Shown here piece by piece: positions 1 through 9,385 of a DNA stretch of 64,000 bases (position 1 is the stretch's first letter; each line of letters opens with the position of its first letter). Origin of the DNA: Felis catus (Eukaryota). Location of the stretch: the NCBI RefSeq assembly GCF_018350175.1, contig NC_058383.1:25360001-25424000 (forward strand), in the 5' to 3' direction. Position numbers and translations under genes: made by a program. Below the pieces are notes generated by a model. It was given only the letters and a program-made list of their open reading frames with translations, had not been told where the DNA came from and did no database searches.

Positions 1-90
1 GCTTCAGATTCTGTGTCTCCCTCTGTCTCTGCCCCCGCCCCTGCTTGCACTCTGTCTCTTTCTCAAAAATAATTAATACATTTTAAAAAA
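1..90 (+). mobile_element. Can-SINE 3' half (cut by window edge)
   Basis: gcttcagattctgtgtctccctc, CT-rich tract and A-rich tail typical of felid SINEC. Confidence 0.9.
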
Positions 91-112
91 GAGAGAGTTG
101 AGACTCAGAGCA

Positions 113-317
113 GGGGACACTTGGGTGGCTCAGTCTGTTAAGCCTCTGACTTGATTTCGGCTCAGGTCATAATCTTGCAGTTAGTGAGTTCAAGCCCTGA
201 ATCAGGCTCTGAACTAAAAGTGCAGAGCCTGCTTGGGGTTCTCTCCATCAGCCCCTCACACATGCTCTCATGCATGCTCTGTCTCTCAAAATAAATAAAT
301 AAACTTTTAAAAAAAAA
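113..317 (+). mobile_element. Can-SINE
   Basis: gggg..tgggtggctcag head, ggctcaggtcat core, A tail; flanking agttgagact at 96-105 and 318-327. Confidence 0.9.
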
Positions 318-1379
318 AGTTGAGACTGGGGCAAGGGCTGCAATTGTTTAGTAAAACCACCCTGAAGAACAATTTTGGTTGTGAAAAGATGATCCTCAGA
401 GTCTGGAAGTATTAAAACATCCATGAAAAACTGAAGGTCTCTTTATAACAATGTGGGGGGAATTTGGAAGCTGCTGGGAAAAATCAGTAGCAAGGATGGG
501 AGATTTTTGGAGGTAATGGATAACAGTGTGGCTCCTGGAAAGGAAACCTGAAGAATGATGTTAGCAAAAGATAAGTCCCCTCATATTCTGGCAGATCTGG
601 GAGAGGGATCTTACAGCAGGATGTACTCTTAAGCCACACTGGCTATGCTTTAATTGAACCCCTTTTATTACCTCTCTTTCTTTCCCCTCCCCCACAAAAC
701 AATGTTAAGTGAATGTTGACTTTATGCAGTTCTCTTGGTTGACTGGCATTTTGGAAAGGCAAGGGAAAGTAGCTTTGTTGCATATTTGGGCTTATACAGA
801 AAAAGAGAAGAGCACAGCCACAGAAAGAAAAAGACAAATGTACCCAAAAGTAATGGAAATTAGAACTGGAGATATGAACAGAAGCCATAAAATTTAGGAA
901 AATCTTGGGGAAGACTAATCCAGGAGCATGATATGCAGTTAGGGATATGAGCCAATGTTATTTAATTCTCAAAAGACAAGGCAACCTCAGCTATTATTTT
1001 AGTGACACAAGGTTTCTTTTAATAATGGGTTTGAAAAGGCACTAATCTCTCCTTTACAAGTTGCCAACATTATACAAGAAACTTGAACAAGCAACTTTTT
1101 TAATAATCCTGATTCTGGCCATAATGAACCATTTTAAGCACTGCAAACACTTCACATTTTGATTCCCCTACAGATTTTTATACATTTTTCCATCTGCCTG
1201 AAACAAACATGCCCAACATCTTTGCCTATTTTAATTTCTTCTATTCTTTCAGATCTAACCTTAGCTGTCACTTCCTCTGATGTTTAGTAAGGATGCTTTA
1301 GACTGCCAGGAGAAAACAAAATTCAACTCAAAATGGCTTGAACAAAAGGATATTTATTATTGAATTTGATACCTTGTAA

Positions 1380-1879
1380 ATGCCACTCTGATCCTCTCAA
1401 TGCATTGCATTCCTCATGCCAGTGGGCCAAGAGCCAAAGAAATGAGTGACTGTGCTATTGAAATTAATTGATTCTGAGTACGTGAAGAACTAGGGGTGCA
1501 ACTACAGAATGGGGGCAGGGAGAATTCACTGGAGCATCTTTTGGTGCTTTCATGCCCCATGTTAATAGAAAATTGGCAGTTTCAGGAACAATGGCACAAT
1601 AAGGGCAAGGGTTCAGAGAAATCTAGCATGGTAGTAGAGGATAAAGATGATGTATATGAATTATGAGGTCACAACCAGCTGCAATAGCAGAAATCATAGT
1701 TTTATAGTTTTAGAAATTCTCTTGCCTTGAGTCTTGTCAGAGAATTTAGCTGGCTACCACCTTGAAGGGGATTCTGTGACTAATCAGACATGTACACTTT
1801 CTCTCCAGGAAGAAGTAAGGTCATTGTGTTTTCAAAACTGGAGGCAAGAGGGGGAATCTTACTGATGAAAGGGGTGGAC
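1380..1879 (+). mobile_element. ERV-L (HERV16-like) internal remnant with decayed dUTPase-like region and polypurine tract
   Basis: Broken translation LMPVGQEPKK*VTVL..LIDSEY/EELGVQLQNGGRE..LLVLSCPM resembles the ERV-L post-integrase dUTPase; PPT gaaaggggtggac directly before tgt at 1880. Confidence 0.65.
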
Positions 1880-2377
1880 TGTATTAGACACCATTTCACA
1901 GGACTCTTATCCACCACTGAGATTCCATGAGAATTAGGTGCAATCTGTACCTTAACTCATCCCTGAACCTGGGCCACATATTTCTCATCTTCCCAAGGTT
2001 TTCCAGTTAATGCCAAGCTGTTGGATACTGTGGGACATAAGCTGGTACCCTGGCATGCAAAACTCATTAATTTGAGGAAATCAACACATCATAGGCAAAC
2101 CTTTGATCAATGGAAGATGAGGGTTGGTGGATAAAGTATCCCCCCACCTCAGCCCCCTAGATGCACTGTCCTGGACTGCAGTTTACATGGTTCTTAGAGG
2201 ACAGTCAAATTTAGTGGCAGCCAACTTGATAATGCTTTCTCATATAGGCTCTTGTTCTTTCCCCCCTTCCCTCTCTCTGTCCCTCACATGTGTTCTCTGA
2301 TACTGCATCCTCCAACAAGGGGCATATTAGCCCTTTGCCCTAGGATCTGCTTTTATAAGCAAACCAAAGATATAACA
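1880..2377 (+). mobile_element. LTR16-like 3' LTR of the ERV-L remnant
   Basis: Begins tg after the PPT; ggtggataaa motif; ends ..taggatctgctttt..aaaccaaagatataaca like LTR16 termini. Confidence 0.6.
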
Positions 2378-2764
2378 TATAGCAAAAAGTACAGAGGTAC
2401 GAAGTTCCAGAGTTCAGATGGTATTTTTAATTTTTATCTTTCCAATCTTCCATTTTTGATGTATTGGGTTTTGTCTCAGACTTCTGGGAGAGAACTTCTC
2501 ACATCTCATGGCCAGAACTCCATCCCACTGGCCAAAATTCCATCCCATTCCTATATCTAACACCATGAGGAATTGAATTTATTAATCCAATCATCCCCTG
2601 GGATTGGAGACGACCCATCCTCCCCTAAATTGCATTTTTGAATAAATCAAAAGAGTAATTAATAGCTGTTGGCACAGCCGGTAACTATGTCACTTAATTA
2701 GCAAACACAGGAGTCATTTTCAGCACTCCATCCTTGCCCACCTCCCACTATAAAGGCTAAACAA

Positions 2765-3250
2765 GCAAGATACTCACTTTCCAGTGAAAGTGTAAAGCTG
2801 TAGCCCTTACAGCTAGGGGCCATGTGATCTACTTCCAGACATTTGTACATAAGGGGAAGTCTAAGGGGCTTCTTCTAGGTCCTCCTTGATAAAAGTATAA
2901 TGATATGAAAAGATACCTCTCTCCCTTTCTCTCCCTCCCTCTCTCCATGGTTACCTCTCAGATTCGTGTCTTTAGACTTGATGATGTGAAGATGTGATTC
3001 TCAGAGCTTTGGCAGCCATCTTGCAACCACGGGGCAATAAGCCTAAGTATGAAAAAGTAGTAAGTTGATAAGGATGGAGGAGAATGGTGAAAAGAACCTG
3101 GCTCCTTAACTACATCCGTGAGCCACTGAAATAGTTCTGTGATTGCTACTCTCTGAATTTTTTTAGTTATATCAGTTTAGTATTTTTCTTACTTAGCCAT
3201 TATTATTTAAATATTATATTGCATGCAGCTAAAAACCATTCTAACTGATA
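2765..3250 (+). mobile_element. LTR33-like ERVL solo LTR
   Basis: cagctaggggccatgtga, ggcagccatcttgcaacc, aaagaacctggctcctt, cattctaactgata motifs. Confidence 0.6.
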
Positions 3251-4509
3251 AAGCAACTAACAGTGTCAGCCATTTCTAGGAAGTATTCCTGGACCCTACA
3301 GATTATATTAGCTATCCCCTTCCCCTGACACCCAAACCTTACTGCTATCATGGTTATTTTTGCAACTAGGCTTTCATTGTTCAACTGAACAGAAAATCCT
3401 TGAAGTACCTAAGGTGTGCAAACAAAAGCTGAGCCACAGCCATGGAGATTGTGATATAGGATTCCTGTAAAGGGCAGTGGGCTGGGCTCTAAGTGACCCC
3501 CAAAGTCTCTTACAACTTTGAAATCTATGACCCCATTTCCTTTAATATAAACGCCCCTTTTCTGTATATAAAAGTCTTTTTATTTACATTATGTCATAAC
3601 AAATTGCCAGTTTGTGTTTCAAAATGGGAAAACTACAACATTGCAACTTGTATAAATGTTCCTATTGTGTTTGTAATGTGGGGAATTTCCAAGTTAAATT
3701 TGCACTTTGCAGATGATTTGGGGGTTATTTGTTATTCTAAACAGGCCTGTCCCCATTCTCCTTAAGCAGTATGGAGAATAGATATATAAAAAAAATGACT
3801 GTGTATAAACATTCCTTTAATTTTGAAACGATGTTAATAAAGTAGTTCCTGTGGTTATGGCTAATAAGTCACTTGTTTCCTAAATTTTCTGTGCACAGTA
3901 AAGGCACATGGAAAAATTCTAATCAATATGCTCTTCATGGAGGCTGAAAACCCAAAACCTCTTCACATTGTAGTATTTGTAGAGTTCATCATACTCTATA
4001 ATTAAGAGGAATTGTCTTTGCAGAAGAATAGAAAATGGAAGATTAAAAAATTGACCAAATATCTATCTGCAAACAGAAACCTTTTATAAGTAGCAATGAC
4101 ACTTTAAATTTATAATACACCTTTCATTCAGAAAATGTTCCCGATATTTTATTTCTCTTCAGTGAATGAGTTCTTGCTGGTTAACCAGAGAGAAGAGAAT
4201 GAAATCAGTTCTCCTCCAATTTTGTGCAGGTAGTTTATAGGTATACATATAGGTATTCTCTAATGAAATTTTTTTCATTAAAAATACTTTTAAAATTACA
4301 TAAGTAACACACACTCATTGTAAGATTTTTCAAGAATTTAGAGGCATAAAAATTAAAAACTGAAAGTTCCTTTTCATCCCCTTTACCTCTCTATTTCACT
4401 CACATCCCTTGAGATAATCTCTATATCCTTTAGTGTGTATCCAACCAGACTTTTTTTCTGTACATTTTCATAAAAACACATACACTTACATGAATATATA
4501 AAGAAATCA

Positions 4510-4930
4510 TATTTCACCTATTCTAGGATGCAGGGTTGTCGTTTTTTTTTTTTTCTAAATTAAAAATCTCTGAAATAAGGACACATCTTACAATTAAAGG
4601 TATTGTATAGTGGTCAATTTCTTTCCTTCTTAGTGGCACACTAAAATAATGGTGCATCTTGAAATAAGTGACATTTTATTTATTAAAAAAATTTTTTTAA
4701 TATTTATTCATTTTTGAGAGAGAGAGACTGAGTACAAGTGGGGGATGGGCAGAGAGGGAGACACAGAATCTGAAGTAGGCTCCAGGATCTGAGCTATCCT
4801 CACAGAGCCTGACACGGGACTCAAATTCATGAGCCATGAGATCATGACCTGAGCCAAAGTCAGATGCTTAACCAATTCAGCCACCCAGGTGCCCCAAAAT
4901 AAGTGACATTTTAGAGTAACAAAATACAGT
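4510..4930 (+). mobile_element. MER104-like (TcMar-Tc2) element interrupted by a SINE
   Basis: atctctgaaat..catcttacaat, ttagtggcacactaaaataatggtgcatctt and aaatacagta terminus. Confidence 0.6.
4678..4895 (-). mobile_element. Can-SINE
   Basis: Antisense SINE ending cagccacccaggtgcccc; TSD aaataagtgacatttt at 4662 and 4897. Confidence 0.95.
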
Positions 4931-5261
4931 AGGTATAGCACTTACACAATTATATAGATGTATGCTTGTGTGAATTGCTATGGACAGCCTTCGGTATACA
5001 CCGGTCTGTGTGATATATCATTGTATAAATGTACTGCCTGTTTTTAGGCATATCCCTTATAGATGGATTTGCATATTATTTCTATATCTTCCTGATGGGA
5101 AACAGTGCTTCAATGACCATCCTCGTCCCTAGTCTTTGTGCCCTAGTATAAACATTTGTGAAAGAGAGATTCCTATCTCATAAGTTCTCATAGTTACACT
5201 GCATAGTAGGAAAAACTTATTTGTTCAGAACTCAACTAGACTCATATTCAAATCTTGGCTC

Positions 5262-5602
5262 CAGGGCTGCCATGTTGAACAACTCAAGGGTGTTCAAACG
5301 ATCATCTTGAACAGGGGTCAGTAAACTTTTTTCTGTAAAGAGCCAAATGGCCAATATTTTAGACTTTGTGGGCTATACTGTGTTGCAGCTACTCAACCTT
5401 GCCCATGTAGCATGAAAGCAGCTGTAGATAATATGTAATAAATGAACATGTCATTCTGTGTTCTAATAAAGGTTTATTTACAAAAACAGATATCAGGCTA
5501 GATTTGTCCAAAGGGCTGCAGTTTGCTGAGCCCTGGTCTAAGTGAATAGTCCTTTCTGGAGCTGTGCAGTACCCAACTATGTGGCTCCTCATAGCAGCCC
5601 TG
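5262..5602. mobile_element. MER91-like hAT element split by MER58A
   Basis: Terminal inverted repeats cagggctgc / gcagccctg enclosing the MER58A. Confidence 0.5.
5312..5535 (+). mobile_element. MER58A (hAT-Charlie)
   Basis: caggggtcagtaaactttt..ctgtaaag start and gtttgctgagccctg end (TIRs). Confidence 0.85.
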
Positions 5603-5724
5603 CCTGATTCCTTCCCCTCAAGGGATCTGACTCAGGATAAATGTTATAGAACCTTTCCAAGCTTGAGTTTTTAACCTTTAACTGTGAAATATAATCATTA
5701 AATATTTAAAAAGTATGTGTTCTT

Positions 5725-5917
5725 GGGGTGCCTGGGTGGCTCAGTCAGTTGACCATCTAAATTTGGCTCAGGTCATGATCTCATGGTTCATTAGTTCAAG
5801 CCCGTCATCAGGCTAGCTGCTGTCAGTGCAGAGCCCACTTCAAATCCTCTGCTCCCTCTCTCTCTCTCTCCCTGTGCCCCTCCTCCACTTGCTCTCTGTC
5901 AAACAAAATATTTTTTT
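5725..5917 (+). mobile_element. Can-SINE (first of stacked trio)
   Basis: ggggtgcctgggtggctcag head, CT tract; flanked by ..gtatgtgttctt and ..gtatatgttctt. Confidence 0.92.
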
Positions 5918-5933
5918 AAACGTATATGTTCTT

Positions 5934-6140
5934 GGAGTGTCTGGATAACTCAGGTGGTTGAGCATCTGACTTGATTTCAGCTCAGGTCATGATCTCATAG
6001 TCATAAGATCAAGCCCCAGGTCAGGCTCCATGCTGGGCATGGAGACTGCTTAAGATTCTCTCTCTCCTCTTCCCTTTGCACCCCCTGTCTTACACATATA
6101 TGCATGTGCACTCTTTCTCTCTCTCAAAAATTTTTTTAAC
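5934..6140 (+). mobile_element. Can-SINE (second of stacked trio)
   Basis: Diverged head, ctcaggtcatgatctc core, gcttaagattctctctc; followed by aaagtgcggttctt. Confidence 0.9.
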
Positions 6141-7158
6141 AAAGTGCGGTTCTTGGGGGAGGAGCCAAGATGGCAGAACAGCATGGAAGCTTTTTGTGTG
6201 TCTCGCATCCATGAAATACAGCCAGACCAACACTAAATGATCCTCCAAACCTAGAAAACCGATTGGAAGATTAACACAACAATCTGCACAACTTGAACCA
6301 CAGAATTTAGCAGGTACGTGAGATGAAGAGCTGAACTTGGGGAGCAAGAAGCCCCAAAAGGTGGGGAACCACTTTTGTGGGCAGAGAGAGGGTGGAGACC
6401 GGGGAGGGGGGCAGAATACGGGAAAAGCACCCCTCCCCAAAGGCAGCTGGAGAGAAAGTGGAAAATTGGAAACGGGCTCAGGGACTGAACTAAAAAGGGA
6501 GAAAGGAGAGGGATTAAATTCCATTAACACCATGTAAATAAGGGGAGCGCAAAGGCTGCAACTCTGCAGCTCCATACCTGGCAGTGCTCTGGTGGGAAGG
6601 GCGAATCCCCAGGAATACAGTGGGGTCTGGGAGGTTCTTGGGCCACACGGAGAAAAGCGGTTCCACTGCTGGAAGGAAATTTGGTAGAGACTGTTGAAGC
6701 CACCTGACCCCAGCAGACCCCAGGAAACGGCCACATTTGCTGGTGCTGGAACAAAGTCCTTAAGGGTGAAGCCTGGTACCAGATGTGTGTTGTGATCTTC
6801 CATAGTCCCTGAAACACTGCTGCTACACTATCTCGAGAACTTTCTCTGGGGTGGGCTGGCATCTGGCCGCAGTCTCGGGACACCAGCAACAGCAGGGTCC
6901 AGCGGGCATTCCTGGGTGCAGCCGACATTCGGCCATTGCTCAGTGAGACCCTCCCTCAGAGGGGCGGAGCGGGTCAAAGCCGCAGTCCTTCGGAAGTAAG
7001 GGGTTGGGGAAAACAGCCGCATGTGAGACAAAACTTGGGAGAGAGGTACTGCCTGGGGCCTGGTCACGGAGAGTGGAAAAGCAGGGGGTGGACGAGAGCT
7101 GAAGACTAAGTACCAGTAGGCGATTGATGATCCGGGAGAACAGATTGGGTAGCTGGGT

Positions 7159-7249
7159 GGTGCCATTTTCACCACTCCTGCACATGTGCATATACACCTA
7201 TGAGCACCACAACAATCCACCCCAGTAGGCTAGCAGCGCCATCTAGGGG
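7159..7249 (-). promoter_or_regulatory. Decayed YY1/NRF1/CTCF motif cassette in L1 copy 1 5' UTR
   Basis: ggtgccatttt, tgcacatgtgca, gcagcgccatctagggg: mutated homologues of the intact motifs at 52761-52851. Confidence 0.45.
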
Positions 7250-7419
7250 AGAGCAAAGCTGTTACACTGAGCCCTGCCCAACTACGCCAACTTCGCTCTT
7301 CAAGAACACAAACCTCACCACTGGCTTAATTCATGGACTATAAAGAGCTACATGGACTGACCTCTAGGGGAAAACGAAGCAATTTCAGTTCTACTTCAAT
7401 CTGTTAGCAGGTTCATCTA

Positions 7420-8270
7420 TTCAATTTTTTTTCTACTTTTCTTTTTTCTCTTTTACAATTATTTTCTTTTTCTTGAATACAGAAACAGAAAAAACTCATT
7501 TTTATTTTCAATTTTTATTAAAAATATGTCTTTAATGTTTATCACTATATTTTTTTACTTTTGTGTAACTTTTTTCAAATTCTACTTTACTTCCATCATT
7601 TTATTTTAGTCTACTTCAGTGTACTCACCTTTTCAAATTTTCGATTTCCTTTTTTTCTTTCTTTTTCTTTTTTTCTTTTTCATTTCTTTTTTATTGAATG
7701 CAGAAAAAGAAAAACTTCATTTTACTTGCAATTTCTTTTAAAAATATTTTTATTTAATTTCTATTAGTATATTTTTTGCTTTTATGTAAGTTTTTTCAAA
7801 TTCTTTCTTATTCCCATCATTTTATTTCAGTCTACTACAGTGTATTCACTTTTTCAAATTTTCCAACGATTTCTTTTTTTTGTCTTTTCTTTTTTTATCT
7901 TTTTTCTGTTTCATTTTTCTTTTTTCTTAAATACAGAAAATGAAAAAGTTCATATTTCTTTTTAATTTTTATTAAAAATATTTTTCTATAATTTTTCTGC
8001 TATATTCTCTACTTTTGTGTATTTTAGTCTACTTTAGTGTATTCATTTTTTCAAATTCTCAAACGATTTCCTTTTTTTTCTCTTCCCCCACTTTTTTTTT
8101 TGTTTGTTTCTCTCATCTGTCAAACCACTTTCTATACTCAGACCAAAACACACCTAGGATCTAGCATCATCTATTCAATTTGTGTGTGTGTGTTTAATTT
8201 TTAATTTTAATATTTTTTAATTTTAATTTTTTTAATTTTAATTTTTCTACCTCATTAATTCCTTTTCTCC
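7420..8270 (+). repeat. T-rich tandem array (~220-230 bp units, about 3 copies) in L1 5' UTR
   Basis: Unit anchor aat(a/g)cagaaa..gaaaaa..tcat recurs near 7475, 7695 and 7930. Confidence 0.75.
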
Positions 8271-8277
8271 CTTCAAA

Positions 8278-9152
8278 ATGACAAAACGAAGGAATTCACC
8301 CCAAAAGAAAGAGCATGAAGAAACGACAGCCAGGGATTTAACCAACACAGACACAAGCAAGATGTCTGAACCAGAATTTAGAATCACAATAATAAGAAAT
8401 ACAAGCTGGAGTCGAAAATAGATTAGAATCCCTTTCTACAGAGATAAAACAAGTAAAAAATAGAATGAAATTAAAACTGCTATAACTGAGCTGCAATTAC
8501 GGATGGAGGCAGCAGTGGCAAGGATGGATGAGGCAGAACAGAGAATCAGCAATACAGAGGACAAACAGAGAATAATGAAGCAGAAAAAAAGAGGGAGATT
8601 AAGGCAAAAGAGCATGATTTAAGAATTAGAGAAATCGGTGACTCATTAAAAAGGAACAACATCAGAATCATAGGGGTCCCAGAGGAGAAAGAGAGAAAAA
8701 TACGGGTAGAAGGGTTATGTGAGCAAATCATAGCAAAAAACTTTCCTAACCTGGGGAAAGACACAGACATCAAAACCCAGCAAGCACAGAGGACTCCCAT
8801 AAGATTCAACAAAAACCGACCATCAACAAGGCATATCATAGTCAAATTCACAAAATACTCAGGCAAGGAGAGAATCATGAAAGCAGCAAGGGAAAAAAAG
8901 TCCCTAACCTACAAGGGAAGACAGACCAGGTTTGCAGCAGACCTATCCATAGAAACTTGGCACACCAGAAAGGAGTGGTGGGATATATTCAGTGTGCTGA
9001 ATCAGAAAAATATGCAGCCAAGAATTCTTTATCCAGCAAGGCTGTCATTCAAAATAGAAGGAGAGATAAAAAGTTTCCTAGACAAACAAAAACTAAAGGA
9101 GTCTGTGACCACTAAACCAGCCCTGCAAGAAATTTTAAGGGGGACTCTCTGA
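8278..9152 (+). pseudogene. L1 ORF1p (frameshifted)
   Basis: atgacaaaacgaagg start; C-terminal [33 protein letters not shown]; coiled-coil part broken by indels. Confidence 0.93.
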
Positions 9153-9170
9153 GGGGAGAAAAGATGAAAA

Positions 9171-9174
9171 AAAA

Positions 9175-9218
<44 letters not shown>

Positions 9219-9222
9219 CAAA

Positions 9223-9266
<44 letters not shown>

Positions 9267-9270
9267 CAAA

Positions 9271-9319
<49 letters not shown>

Positions 9320-9323
9320 AAAA
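9171..9323 (+). repeat. Compound (TA)n microsatellite, three blocks separated by caccaaaatg
   Basis: Read directly; lies in the L1 ORF1-ORF2 spacer. Confidence 0.97.
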
Positions 9324-9385
9324 GCAACAAAGATTAGAAAGGACCAGAGAACACCACCAGAAACTCCAACTCTACAAGCATCATA

